Part shown: positions 37,850 through 47,861 of the stretch, one piece after another
Layout of the letters: every line of letters starts with the position of its first letter
Position numbering within the stretch: position 1 is the stretch's first letter
Virus record (IMG/VR): IMGVR_UViG_3300046051_000044
Coordinates: 1,353 to 65,352 of that record
DNA: 64,000 nt
Direction: 5' to 3' (one strand)
Source: a virus
The notes under the pieces: model-generated
Told to the model about the DNA's origin: nothing
The model's database searches: none
Seen by the model: only the letters and a program-made list of their open reading frames with translations
Made by a program: the position numbers and the translations under genes

Positions 37850-39732
37850 CTCCCGGGGGCGTCCCCGTCGCCGGCGTCGTCAGCAGTCCCGTCAGCGCCG
37901 TCACCGTCAGCGTCAGCATCGGCAGGCGGGCGGCGCTGGCGGTCCGTCGGGTCCATCGACGCGCGCTCGGCGTCGAGGTCCATCGGCTCGATATCGACGT
38001 CCGGCACGTCGGGGAGCTCGCCCGTCTCAAGATACGCTCGCCACTCGGCGGTGCCGTAGCCGGGGAGTTTGGTCCCGGCGCGCTGGATGACGGCGCCACG
38101 GTTGGCCCGGGTCTCCGCGAGGGCCGCCGCGGCAGCGGGGTCGTCGGGTGTCGCCGCGGCCGCAGCCGCCGCCTCGCCCTCGGCCGCACCGTCCTGGACG
38201 TCCTCGGGCATGACTTCGTCGGGATCCAGCCCAGGGACCATCCCGATGATCGCCTGCGGCGTCATGATGCGGCTGACCTGCCCGCCGGGCGCGCCCTGCT
38301 GGAGGCCTTTCATCAGATTGGCGAACTCCGCGCCGTCGAAGTGCTCCGACCGCAGTGGGGTGGTGTCGTCTGCCGGGCGGATCCGAAGGCGGACGTCCGG
38401 TACGTCGCTCGGGGCGCCGTAGAGGTCGGAGGACTCGGCGTCCGCTGGATGGGCGTGGCCGGTGAGGAACTCCGTGGCTTTCAGTTCGAGGAGTTGGCGG
38501 CACGTGGCTTCGAGGCGTCGGCGCGTCCGGGCGAGTTGGTCGTCGTAGTCCTCGCTTTGCTCGCTCGTCACGTCGCGGTTGATGTTCCCTTCGAAGCCGA
38601 CGCGATACAGCGGGACGAGCAGGCCGGCGACGACGTATTCAACTTGTTGCTGGATGAGGTCGACGATGTCCGGCACGTCGCCGCTGAGTTCCTGGATCTC
38701 GGGGTTCGTGTTCGTGACCGAGAGGCTATCCGGCGAGTTGGGATCCAGCCCCGCCAGCATCTGCTTGGCCTGCTCTTTGTCGTCGGTGTCGACGTTGGCG
38801 ACGATGTTGTTCCAGGCGGCGTTTTTGAGTCCCTGGTCGATGTCGTCGAGTTGCGTCCGCAGCGCCGTTGCCCGCGGGACGACGCTCGCCGACTCCGGGC
38901 GGCCGAAAATCGCGCCCGTGTCGGGGTCGTTGGCGAGCATCGTCACGTCATCCAGCGCGAACGGGATTTCCGAACGCTCCTTCGCACCGAAGATGTCGTC
39001 GTACTGGACGAACGCGGCCGTCTTGCCCGCGGCCGTCGTCGGGAGGTCCGAGCGGCCGGCGTCGCTCAACAGCCCGAGCGTGGGCGCGCGGCGGGGTTCG
39101 AGGCCAGGAGCGTCATCGTCGCTCCTGGCCGCGTCGCGCTGGAGTTGCTCTGCCGCGTCGTCCGGCCGGAGGAGGATGGCCTTCCCCTCGCGAGTGTACG
39201 CGGTTACGGTCTCGACTTTGAACGGCCGCAGGCCCAACAGGCGCTTTCGCTCGCGGGGATCGTCATAGACGTGTTCCGCCAGGCCCGTCCCGCGGCGGCC
39301 CAAGGCGTCGACGAGGAGGTGCTCGAGGAGGACGCGAAAATCCCGGTCGAAGCTATCGCCGGTGATGACCGACCGACCCAGCCAGTGCAGGAGGGCGTCC
39401 GACAGCGGCAGGCCGTGATAGCGTGCGTTGGGGTAGTCCTCCGGGACCGTTGGCTCGTCGTAGTTCTCGGGGTCGGCCTGCGGGTCCCGCGGCCGGACGA
39501 CGACGTCATAGCCGGGTTCGACGGCGTCCGAGACGTAGAGTCGCGTCGGGACGCGAATGAGTGGGTTGGCCTCGTATTCTTCGACCCACTCATCGATGTC
39601 CGCCGTGGCCGGCGTGTCCGTGCGTTGCTGCTGGCCGGAGTGGACGAACGGCTCGTCGCGCGCTTGGGGTGTCGCGCCGGCGTCGTCGCTATCGGCGGCG
39701 AGGCGTGCGCGGAGGGTATCGAACAGTCCCAT
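37846..39732 (-). CDS. Portal protein
   Basis: 628 aa, directly after terL and before MuF. Confidence 0.85.
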   Translation of the reverse strand: MGLFDTLRARLAADSDDAGATPQARDEPFVHSGQQQRTDTPATADIDEWVEEYEANPLIRVPTRLYVSDAVEPGYDVVVRPRDPQADPENYDEPTVPEDYPNARYHGLPLSDALLHWLGRSVITGDSFDRDFRVLLEHLLVDALGRRGTGLAEHVYDDPRERKRLLGLRPFKVETVTAYTREGKAILLRPDDAAEQLQRDAARSDDDAPGLEPRRAPTLGLLSDAGRSDLPTTAAGKTAAFVQYDDIFGAKERSEIPFALDDVTMLANDPDTGAIFGRPESASVVPRATALRTQLDDIDQGLKNAAWNNIVANVDTDDKEQAKQMLAGLDPNSPDSLSVTNTNPEIQELSGDVPDIVDLIQQQVEYVVAGLLVPLYRVGFEGNINRDVTSEQSEDYDDQLARTRRRLEATCRQLLELKATEFLTGHAHPADAESSDLYGAPSDVPDVRLRIRPADDTTPLRSEHFDGAEFANLMKGLQQGAPGGQVSRIMTPQAIIGMVPGLDPDEVMPEDVQDGAAEGEAAAAAAATPDDPAAAAALAETRANRGAVIQRAGTKLPGYGTAEWRAYLETGELPDVPDVDIEPMDLDAERASMDPTDRQRRPPADADADGDGADGTADDAGDGDAPGR

Positions 39733-39759
39733 TGGTCAGTAGCGTGAGACGTGAGGCGA

Positions 39760-41304
39760 TCAGAGTTCGAGTGCGAACGCGGTGTCCGGGTCGACGCTGT
39801 CGTCGGGGTCGGCATCCCGGACCCAGATGCTCATGAGTGCCGCGTCAAGGTGATCTGGGCTCCGGCCGAGGCGCTGTTTGACATCGTCCTTGGGTGTCGC
39901 CGAAAGGACCTTCGCGCCGTCGTCGTCCGTGCCACGCTTGCCGAGCTCCTTTTCCTCCCACGTGACGGTCCGGGCGGCGATCTTCGCCTGTTCGTAGAGG
40001 TTACTGTCCCGGATGACGCCGCCAGCAGCGAGATAGTCGGCGAAGAGAGCCAAACTCTCTCCCCACCGGCGGTCGTACGTCGTCTCGGCGGCCGCGACGG
40101 CGGAGTTCTTGAACCGGTCGACCGTACCGAAGCGATCGTCAAGGCCGTCCGCAAGCCCCGACCCCTCGCCGACGGCGTCGACGGCGATCGGTGGCGTCCG
40201 CCACTCGCGGATGATGCCCGCGAGATCCTGCTCTTGTTGAGTGTGGTCGGTGCCCTGGCGGGCGAAGTGAGTAACGAGGACATCGCCATGTGGCCCAGTA
40301 GCGACCGTGTCGTCACCGCTTCGGGCGACGTCAATTCCGAGAGCCTCAGGGAAATCACAGGGAGGCGTGACGTCGGGGTCGTACTGTGTTTCGACGAGGT
40401 CGGGCGACAGCGGGCGATGTGTACTCGCGCCGGCCGGCGGCATCACGCCGGCGCGGCGTCTGTACCACCGCTCGTCAAGATCGTCGCGACGCTCGTGGGC
40501 TGTCCGGGCCCGTTCACAGCCAGGCCAGTCCTCGCCGACGTAACTCTCCCAGTCCTGTTTGATCTTCCAGAGCGTCGCAAGGCCATCGATCGGCTCGCCG
40601 TCGACGGCGCTCGTCTCAACATGGACGTTATGGCTCTCGAACGATGAGAGCCGAATGACGTTCCACGTCGGGTCCTCGTAGAGGCCCCACAGCGAATTTG
40701 TCTCGTCACGCGGCGGGTTGGCAATCGCGACGATGCGGTCGCGGTTGTCGCTCACCAGCGAGTCCATCGCCTCGAAGGTCGCCTCTGTGACATCGTCCTT
40801 GTCAGCCTCTTCGATGATGCCGAGGATATACCCGCCGTGGACGCCTTCGAGTTCGCCGGCGTCTTTTGGCGACGCCGCCTCAAGATACTGGTGCGGCTCG
40901 CCGTCAATCTCGATGCGCGGCGGGGAGTGCTTATACGTCCCGGGGAGGCCCACCCCACCTAGGGCGTTGTCGTGGAGGCTCTCAACCGGTTTGCAAAACG
41001 TCCGCTTGAGTTTGGGGTAGGTCCCACTCGTCGCGAGGACGCTTGCCGGGTAGTGGGCAGCCAGCCAGACGTTCGCGATGGCCGCGAGGATATAGGACTT
41101 GCCGAGCCCGTTCGCAGTCTGGACGAGGAGTTTCTCATTTCGGACGACGGCCCGGCAGATCCGCCGCTGCGGCTTGGTGACCGTGATGCCTAGGTAGTCC
41201 TCAATAGCATCCTCAAGCCACTGCTCGTCCTGCCGGCGTGCGCGTTCGGCGTAGTGCTCGCCCAGTTCCCGAATGGACGAGATGCCGTCAGTGGTCGTGC
41301 TCAT
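39760..41304 (-). CDS. terL: Terminase large subunit
   Basis: Walker A TANGLGKS, Walker B IIEEAD, nuclease GIDVARSGDD and SPDHLDA; probable start 41304. Confidence 0.92.
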   Translation of the reverse strand: MSTTTDGISSIRELGEHYAERARRQDEQWLEDAIEDYLGITVTKPQRRICRAVVRNEKLLVQTANGLGKSYILAAIANVWLAAHYPASVLATSGTYPKLKRTFCKPVESLHDNALGGVGLPGTYKHSPPRIEIDGEPHQYLEAASPKDAGELEGVHGGYILGIIEEADKDDVTEATFEAMDSLVSDNRDRIVAIANPPRDETNSLWGLYEDPTWNVIRLSSFESHNVHVETSAVDGEPIDGLATLWKIKQDWESYVGEDWPGCERARTAHERRDDLDERWYRRRAGVMPPAGASTHRPLSPDLVETQYDPDVTPPCDFPEALGIDVARSGDDTVATGPHGDVLVTHFARQGTDHTQQEQDLAGIIREWRTPPIAVDAVGEGSGLADGLDDRFGTVDRFKNSAVAAAETTYDRRWGESLALFADYLAAGGVIRDSNLYEQAKIAARTVTWEEKELGKRGTDDDGAKVLSATPKDDVKQRLGRSPDHLDAALMSIWVRDADPDDSVDPDTAFALEL

Positions 41305-41704
41305 AGTCAAGGGCATCAAGAACTTGCCGAGTCCGCTCGGACGGGGTGTAGCCAGTGATGAACACGCGTGTGCGGGCACGCCCCCACGGAATGCGGTCGC
41401 CGTGTGCCGGCGTCGGGAGGGAGAGGTCAATGATCTCGCCGCCGTGGGACAGGAACCAGTGCGTTCCTTCGGACGTCTTGTCAACATCCGTCCACGACAG
41501 GCAGTTCACAGCCAGGTCGCTCTCCCGGCCGCCATCGGCATGCCAATACGCCTCCGCGGCGACGTAGCACGACCCAAACAGCGCATCGTCGGCCGTGGCG
41601 TAGCGCCCTTTCCGAATGTCGGGGTGGTCGCGGATGTACGCTCGGATCCGGCGGGCCGCGTCGTCAGGCTCTACGAAGACCGTCCAGTCGCCAGTCGTGC
41701 TCAT
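41288..41704 (-). CDS. Hypothetical protein between terS and terL
   Basis: 138 aa; GSCYVAAEAYWH...THWFL. Confidence 0.7.
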   Translation of the reverse strand: MSTTGDWTVFVEPDDAARRIRAYIRDHPDIRKGRYATADDALFGSCYVAAEAYWHADGGRESDLAVNCLSWTDVDKTSEGTHWFLSHGGEIIDLSLPTPAHGDRIPWGRARTRVFITGYTPSERTRQVLDALDYEHDH

Positions 41705-41713
41705 GCGAATGCG

Positions 41714-42346
41714 TTAGGATTGCGGGTCGTGGCCGTGGGCGGCCTTGAGGCCCGCCAGCAGTTCCTCGTGGATATTGACGTTCACGGTCGGTCCGTCGTC
41801 ATCGGCACCGAGGAGATCCATGTCCTTGAGCCACTGCCGACAGCGGGTTGAGATACGGTGCTCGGCTTTCGCAACCGCCGTCTCAACGTATTCGAAATAC
41901 TCCTCGCCCTGGGGCGATCGGCGCTCGCTCCGGTCGATCAACGGGTGGCCGGCGTCGAGTGAGGCCGGCTTTTCCGCCGCCCAGTCGTCGGCCTTGATGA
42001 CTGTCTTGTGGATGTCAACCGCACACCGGAACAGCATCAGCTCGTCGCCGGTCGTCGGCTCCTCGCTCTGGACGCGAGTGTACTTCTGGTAATATCCGTC
42101 GAAGATGTCGTCGATGAGGCGCTGCCCCGTCTCGTCGCGGCGCTGATAGTAGGTGTTGTGGTCCGCGTAGAGTTCGTGCGAGGCGCCGAAGTCATTGGCA
42201 GCGTGGCTCTCGCCGTCCGGGGACGTCCCACGGTGGTGCTTACATTTCCCGTCCGCGAAGTCCGTACCCCATCCAGCGGCGAGGCCACATTCGCCGTTGT
42301 TGCCACCGTAGTCCCCACACTCCTCCTGATAGTTGCGCCCCGCCAT
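41714..42346 (-). CDS. terS: Terminase small subunit
   Basis: N-terminal C...C...GWGT...CKHHRG motif, helical body, position upstream of terL. Confidence 0.75.
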   Translation of the reverse strand: MAGRNYQEECGDYGGNNGECGLAAGWGTDFADGKCKHHRGTSPDGESHAANDFGASHELYADHNTYYQRRDETGQRLIDDIFDGYYQKYTRVQSEEPTTGDELMLFRCAVDIHKTVIKADDWAAEKPASLDAGHPLIDRSERRSPQGEEYFEYVETAVAKAEHRISTRCRQWLKDMDLLGADDDGPTVNVNIHEELLAGLKAAHGHDPQS

Positions 42347-42395
42347 GAGGTGTTTCGAAATCGTGTGAACAGCGGCTGTCAGCCGCGCTTTTGTG

Positions 42396-42737
42396 TCAGT
42401 TCGTCACGACGAGTTGCGCCGCGACCGTCGCGTCGTTCGTGCCGTCGTTGTTGACGACCCGGAGCCGGACCGAGTGCAGCGCCTCCAAGTCGATGCCAGT
42501 CAGGCCCTGGTCGCCGGCCGACGCGTCGCCGTTGTAGGGCCCGGACCACTGCTTGAAGGCCATGTCCGGGGCGGTCCGCGCTTCGACGTGGACGTCGACG
42601 TCGGTCGACGCGCCGGATAACTCGTAGTCGAGCGTGCCGGACGTGGCCCGGTCGGCACCGCCGAGGGCGCCGATCGCCGCCTGTGTGCTCGTTGCACCGC
42701 CCGGTCCAACCGTCTCGTCGATCGTGAGTGTCGTCAT
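42396..42737 (-). CDS. Hypothetical beta-rich (virion?) protein
   Basis: 113 aa, coupled ORF. Confidence 0.6.
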   Translation of the reverse strand: MTTLTIDETVGPGGATSTQAAIGALGGADRATSGTLDYELSGASTDVDVHVEARTAPDMAFKQWSGPYNGDASAGDQGLTGIDLEALHSVRLRVVNNDGTNDATVAAQLVVTN

Positions 42738-42755
42738 TGGTGTAGTGAGTGGCAG

Positions 42756-44081
42756 TCAGTAGCCCTCGACGGTCGTCGCGACGTAGTCGACGGTCGGGTC
42801 GACGCTGTCGTCGTCGGTCGCGGCCACGACCCGGGCCGCGCCGATGGGGATGCGCTCCTCGATGTTGAGCTGTGTCACGATATCCTCGTTGACCGCCCCC
42901 GAATCGACGGGGCGCATCCCGCGGAAGGCCGCCGTCGCCGGCGAATAGGCGGTTGCCGAGCGGTCGAACTCCGTTTTCGTCTCCGTGCTGTGCGCGCGGA
43001 AGGTTGGCTCGAAGGACTCGTTGGTCAGCGCCGTCGCGGGGTCGAACTCGTCCCAGAGCGTGATCGTGATGTCGCCGCCATCAGGCGTCGCGGCGAACTT
43101 CCGCAGCGACAGTTCCATATCGTCGGCGCCGGGGGCGCGGCGGACGGCATACAGCGGGTCGCCCGGCGTCGTGATGGGGTCCGGCGGGCTCGGCGTGTCG
43201 GTCGTCACGGACACGGCGTCGGCCGCGGCATACGTATCCCGCTGTTCGAGGGCGCCCTGGCCGCCATACAGCGAGTATTGCATCCCGCCGAGCCGCGCTT
43301 CGAGCTGGCTTGCCGTCCCGTCGTTGCGCACCACCACCTGTACGGGGAGGTTAGCCGTCGACAGGCTCGGGACTCCCGGCTCGGCTTTGCGGGGGACGAA
43401 CTCGTGGGCGACGTGTAACTTGTCGGTGGCGGGGTCGACGACGCCGACCGCGAGCCGGCCCGCGTTATACCAGGTGAAGGGGAAGTTGTAGATCCAGCCG
43501 TCGGCGGGATTGAGTCGGATGTCAGACGGGTTGCGGTCGCGACCGCCGTCGAGGCGGTCCGTCGACCAGTCGGACTGGGCGACCGGCGAGTCACCGTAAT
43601 GCGTGCCGTCGGATTTCCAGATGGCCGCGAGCCCACTGGCATCGAGCCGAAGGCCAATGCCCGTGTCGACCTGGGCGGCCGCCTCGTCCCACCAGAACGC
43701 GCCGCAATAGATGGCGCCGTGGGTGAGCGCCGCCTGCCCGTCCGTGAGCGAGACGTTTGCGTCGGCGACGGCCACCCGCAGCCCGGGCTGGGCGACCGCC
43801 TGGGAGACGTATTGCCCGGCGAAGGCCGACCGGATGCGGGCGGCGTCCGACCCGGTTGCCGTCGTCGCGAGTGTGATCTCGCCCGGATCGGCGCTGACCA
43901 GCGCGCTGTCGAACAGCGCGCCGTTGCTCCACCAGCCATAGCGGGTGCGCGTCAGGCCCTGGGACGGGTCGATCGCAAACTGGGCCCCCTGGGCGGCGGT
44001 TTTGACGGCGTCGAACGGCGTCGTCTGGGCGTCGATCGGGGGCGCGTCCGGCGCCGGCTCGCGAAATGGTGGGCGTGGCAT
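42756..44081 (-). CDS. Beta-sandwich/lectin-like protein, possibly virion-associated
   Basis: 441 aa, beta-rich; contains FPFTWYNAG and NLPVQVVVRNDGT. Confidence 0.6.
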   Translation of the reverse strand: MPRPPFREPAPDAPPIDAQTTPFDAVKTAAQGAQFAIDPSQGLTRTRYGWWSNGALFDSALVSADPGEITLATTATGSDAARIRSAFAGQYVSQAVAQPGLRVAVADANVSLTDGQAALTHGAIYCGAFWWDEAAAQVDTGIGLRLDASGLAAIWKSDGTHYGDSPVAQSDWSTDRLDGGRDRNPSDIRLNPADGWIYNFPFTWYNAGRLAVGVVDPATDKLHVAHEFVPRKAEPGVPSLSTANLPVQVVVRNDGTASQLEARLGGMQYSLYGGQGALEQRDTYAAADAVSVTTDTPSPPDPITTPGDPLYAVRRAPGADDMELSLRKFAATPDGGDITITLWDEFDPATALTNESFEPTFRAHSTETKTEFDRSATAYSPATAAFRGMRPVDSGAVNEDIVTQLNIEERIPIGAARVVAATDDDSVDPTVDYVATTVEGY

Positions 44082-44087
44082 GCTAAA

Positions 44088-44282
44088 TCATCTGTGGGGC
44101 AGATCGGTCGTGGCGGTCGACGCGAGCCAGCGCCCCTCGCCGCAGTCCGGGGCCGGGTCGTAGACAAACGTCTGGGCGTCGTTTCGGAACGACGCCAGCA
44201 CGATCGCGTCCTCGCGGACGGGCAGGTTCGTCGCCGCCTCGCCCGGCGGCCCGCCATAGGGACCGGGTTCAGACATCGTCAA
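44088..44282 (-). CDS. Small hypothetical protein
   Basis: 64 aa, overlapping coupling. Confidence 0.5.
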   Translation of the reverse strand: MTMSEPGPYGGPPGEAATNLPVREDAIVLASFRNDAQTFVYDPAPDCGEGRWLASTATTDLPHR

Positions 44283-44658
44283 ATTCGTCGATTAATGCGG
44301 ACGTGAGCGACTCGCCGTCCGTTCGCCGGTGAACTATTGATACCCATCTGCCGTATTTACCCGCCTCTGTGAGCGTCGTGACATCGAGTGGCCAGTCCGA
44401 GCCGTCGTCGGCGTCGCGGAGCCACGCCGCGACGAACGCGGCGTGGTCCTGGCCGCGCTGATATTCCTCGGACTCCTGCGACACGCCGTAGGTCTCGGCC
44501 GTGTCGACGCCAAACAGCCGGAGGCGGGTCGTCTTGCGGGTGTTGAATCCTAGATCGAGGGCGACATCAAGCGTGTCGCCGTCGACGACGCCGCCCTCGG
44601 CGAGTCGGCCAGGGAAGTGCCACGACTCGCCGTCGAAGGTGTGCTCTGCGGGACTCAT
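44269..44658 (-). CDS. Thermonuclease (SNase-like)
   Basis: VVDGDTLDV, RLFGVDTAE, GKYGRW. Confidence 0.85.
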   Translation of the reverse strand: MSPAEHTFDGESWHFPGRLAEGGVVDGDTLDVALDLGFNTRKTTRLRLFGVDTAETYGVSQESEEYQRGQDHAAFVAAWLRDADDGSDWPLDVTTLTEAGKYGRWVSIVHRRTDGESLTSALIDEFDDV

Positions 44659-44672
44659 GAGTGAGTGGCGTC

Positions 44673-45044
44673 CTATAGCTGGATCTCTTGCACGTGCTGA
44701 ATCGCGTTCGCCAGCGCCGGGTCGGCCGTGTTCGAGATCGTATACGAAGACTCCGGCGGGACGAACACCGTCGCCGAGTAGTGCGCCTCGGCCGGCGGGG
44801 CCTCGGCTAAACCGCCCGCGTCGGTGTCGAAATGCAGCGAGGTGACGGTCGCGCCGTTAACGTCGACGGTGGCCTCGGCGGCCGTCCCGTCGGTCCGCAG
44901 GAGGACCGTCGCGATGACGAGCGTCGGGCGCTCGGCGTCGGGCGTGCGGGACGTCCCGAAGGAGACGGTGGCCGTGACGTCACTGTAGGTCTCTCCGACC
45001 TGGACGATACTGCTGACGAAGGGCTCGCGGGATGGTTCTCTCAT
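44673..45044 (-). CDS. Hypothetical beta-rich protein
   Basis: Probable start 45044. Confidence 0.55.
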   Translation of the reverse strand: MREPSREPFVSSIVQVGETYSDVTATVSFGTSRTPDAERPTLVIATVLLRTDGTAAEATVDVNGATVTSLHFDTDAGGLAEAPPAEAHYSATVFVPPESSYTISNTADPALANAIQHVQEIQL

Positions 45045-45478
45045 TCGTCTGAGAACAGTTGGGTGAGAAGTTTTCTGTGGGCGTGGCGTCGGTGTTTGCT
45101 CACTGTGGGCCCGGCAACCCCCAGCTCGTCGGCGAGGCCCTCCGAATCCGTGTCCCGATGCCACTCGTAATACCCCAGTCGAAGGGCCGCCGCGAGCGTG
45201 TCGTGCTGGCGGGGCGAGAGAACGGATCGGTCGACTGGGACGATGTCGGTGGCGTCGCGGCTCGGGCGTTTCTCGTCAAGTGTGACCGGGCCGCAGTACC
45301 ACGTGAGCGCCGTCAGAAACGCCTCGGCAGCCCCGTCCGGGACGGTCGTTTCGAGAGTGACCTGATGGTCCCCGACGGTAAGCTCGTAGCAGTCAAGATC
45401 GTAGTGCTCGCAGGCCGCGACGACGTCCGCGGCGTCGGCGTCAGGGAGCGTCGCGCGGAGCGTCGTCGTCGTGCTCAT
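45041..45478 (-). CDS. HTH-10 (bacterio-opsin activator-type) regulator
   Basis: LSPRQHDTLAAALRLGYYEW...LADELGVAGPTVSKHRRHAHRKLL. Confidence 0.85.
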   Translation of the reverse strand: MSTTTTLRATLPDADAADVVAACEHYDLDCYELTVGDHQVTLETTVPDGAAEAFLTALTWYCGPVTLDEKRPSRDATDIVPVDRSVLSPRQHDTLAAALRLGYYEWHRDTDSEGLADELGVAGPTVSKHRRHAHRKLLTQLFSDE

Positions 45479-45601
45479 TCAGAGTACCCCCGTCGCCAGA
45501 GCGTGTCGAGATCGTGGGCAGCGAGATGCTGCATCGCGTCGGCACGGGCGCCGTCAAGCGTCTGCCAGCCACAGAGCGCGCACGTCCAGAGTCGCGGCAC
45601 A

Positions 45602-46183
45602 TTACCCGAGCAACAAGTGGCCGTTGACGATGAGCCAGCGGACGAGTTCGTTCGAGCCCGGGATTGGGAACTGATCCGGGAAGTATCCCACACTCGCAAA
45701 AAACCCGAGCATATACCCCGGGACGACACCAGCAAGTGCGTAGTGTGGCTCAGACCGGATGTCCTCGACGATCTTGGGGTCGAGCGCCGTCTGGCCGCGT
45801 TCAGCAGCGAGGGCAATCCCGACGATGGCCGCCATGAGTTGCTTGTCGCCCGTGGCGCCGTAGTAAAACCCCGCCGCGAGGCCGATGCCCAGCGAGTGCG
45901 TTTCGGCGTGATAACTCAAAAAGCCCGAGCGGTCCGTCCCCCCCTCGCGCGGTGCGCCCGCTTGCCGGGCGAATCGAATGGCGCGCCTGGAGGCCGTCCG
46001 CGAGAGGACCGCCGAGAACAGCCGCGGGAGTAGGCGGGCCGTATCCGAGGCACGCTGGGTGCGGCCGACATGTTGCCAGCACGGCCCCGAGTCGACGGGG
46101 CGGCCGGCGCCGGCGGGGCGCGAGCACACGCCGTCGTCGTCGGTCAGGGCCGCGCCGCAGATATCGGCCGCGTCGTCAGTCAT
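45602..46183 (-). CDS. Membrane protein with N-terminal Cys/His motif
   Basis: CGAALTDDDGVCSRP...CWQH, then hydrophobic segments; probable start 46183. Confidence 0.65.
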   Translation of the reverse strand: MTDDAADICGAALTDDDGVCSRPAGAGRPVDSGPCWQHVGRTQRASDTARLLPRLFSAVLSRTASRRAIRFARQAGAPREGGTDRSGFLSYHAETHSLGIGLAAGFYYGATGDKQLMAAIVGIALAAERGQTALDPKIVEDIRSEPHYALAGVVPGYMLGFFASVGYFPDQFPIPGSNELVRWLIVNGHLLLG

Positions 46184-46312
46184 CGTCGCACTCCGAACAG
46201 TGAAAGTCGGCCCGTGGATCGGGGACGAGAACGCGGACGCGACAGCCATTGCAGTAGGCAATCCTCCAGCCCTCGTCGTCGGTGGGCTCCGAACGGGCGG
46301 GGTCTCGTGGCA

Positions 46313-46714
46313 TTACTCGGCCTCGGAGTCGTCACGGTCGGGGTCGGAGTCGGGCGGCAGGCGGATGCGGATGGAGTCGGCCTGCGCGAACAGCACGAAG
46401 CCCGTGACGGCGCCGTATGCGACGCCGACCAGAAGGACGCCAACGACCCAGATAGCGCCGTACAGCAAGACATTGAAGTAGAACCCGCCGGCTGCGAAGA
46501 AGAAAAACAGAATGGCGACATACGAATACGCTCCGAGCGTGAGATTGGCGTAGTTCTGCGGGGAAAACCAGCGCAGATAGACCATTGTCCCGAGCGAGAG
46601 CAGCCCGACAACGAACAGCATGAAAAACAGCAACTCCGAGACGGGCGCGTACGCGCTGTTGAACATCTGGGTTTGTAGCACTGAGGCAGGGGCGGACGCT
46701 GGCATTAGAGACAC
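46313..46714 (-). CDS. Membrane protein (3 TM), holin-like candidate
   Basis: Three TM segments and an acidic C-terminal tail. Confidence 0.55.
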   Translation of the reverse strand: MSLMPASAPASVLQTQMFNSAYAPVSELLFFMLFVVGLLSLGTMVYLRWFSPQNYANLTLGAYSYVAILFFFFAAGGFYFNVLLYGAIWVVGVLLVGVAYGAVTGFVLFAQADSIRIRLPPDSDPDRDDSEAE

Positions 46715-46718
46715 CTCG

Positions 46719-46925
46719 CTAGAGTTTTCCCGTCGCGAGGAGCCCCAGGATTCCCGAAATGAGGGCGCCCGCGATCGCGACGGTCGCGGAGTAGTCGGGG
46801 TCCTGATACCCTGCGATAATCATGAACGCGAGGAGCAAAAAGAGCCCCGCGGCGAACGCAACGCGAGTGCGCGTATCTGTTGGTGGATCGGAGCTGGCCG
46901 ACGGGTCGTCCGTGGGTGGGCTCAT
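46719..46925 (-). CDS. Small 2-TM membrane protein, holin-like candidate
   Basis: 68 aa, two TM segments. Confidence 0.55.
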   Translation of the reverse strand: MSPPTDDPSASSDPPTDTRTRVAFAAGLFLLLAFMIIAGYQDPDYSATVAIAGALISGILGLLATGKL

Positions 46926-46967
46926 TCATGGGTCTGCCGCGATTGGGTGTGCTGATCCGGGTCGAGA

Positions 46968-47007
46968 TTAACCAACATCCGGGGGGCGACGGCCCGATGT
47001 TGGTTAA
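46968..47007. promoter_or_regulatory. 12-bp inverted repeat TTAACCAACATC-N16-GATGTTGGTTAA
   Basis: Perfect arms at 46968-46979 and 46996-47007, just upstream of the late/morphogenesis gene run. Confidence 0.6.
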
Positions 47008-47198
47008 GACTCGGCGGGTGAGCTGAGGCGGCGCTCGACGCGGAAGCGAGCGCCGCGATGCTCGATCGTGAGTTGCTCGCGCACGCCATCGCGGGCGCTC
47101 GCGACCGTCTCGCGGGCGACGACGGTCCCCTGGACGTGGGCGCCCTGCGGGGTCGTAAACCAGGTCTGCTCGGTCGAACTCATGGGACTCGAAAATCG

Positions 47199-47762
47199 CT
47201 AGTCGTCTCGCTGGCGACAGAAGACGCGACGGGCGAATGCAACGCCACGGGCGTAGATCTCGTAATCCGCGCCGGCCAGACTGTCGCGTTCCTTCGCCTC
47301 GGCGACGATGTGCTTGAGTGCGGAGCGGTTGACCGGCACGCCCTGGGCGAGTAGACAGTCGACGAGCTGGTCACAGCGAGCGATCGCGGTGCGTTTCGAG
47401 AGCGTCAGCTCTGGGGCGCGGCCGCCGTTCGCGCCGCAGGCCCCACAGTAGGTCTGTGGGTGATAGGATCGCTTGTGACCGTAGGCGTCGTGTTCGTCGT
47501 AATCGTAGCCCAGCGTCCCGTCTCCCCGACGCGTCCGCGTCTCCGTCGGGGTGTTGGAGTTCGTGCCGAGATGGTCGTGGTCGATCGGCATCCGATCGAC
47601 GTCCCGAATGCGGGCAAAACAGGCCGAGCACCACTCACTCGAATAAAACACGAAGTGATCGAAAAGTTCCGACGGTGGAATGCGGTCGTCGCCGTCGTAG
47701 ATGGCGGAGCTCGTCGACGAGACCGTGGCGCTGGCCGTGGCTGACTGGGATGTTGTGGACAT
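47199..47762 (-). CDS. Zn-binding hypothetical protein
   Basis: CSAC...CGAC motifs; probable start 47762. Confidence 0.6.
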   Translation of the reverse strand: MSTTSQSATASATVSSTSSAIYDGDDRIPPSELFDHFVFYSSEWCSACFARIRDVDRMPIDHDHLGTNSNTPTETRTRRGDGTLGYDYDEHDAYGHKRSYHPQTYCGACGANGGRAPELTLSKRTAIARCDQLVDCLLAQGVPVNRSALKHIVAEAKERDSLAGADYEIYARGVAFARRVFCRQRDD

Positions 47763-47861
47763 ATGGGACTGAAAGGAGAGCAACCGCGCTTCGTGGACGA
47801 ATCCACGCGGCACTGTGACGGACGCTGGAAATCGCGTTGCCGTACCTACCGTCCTGGTCGC

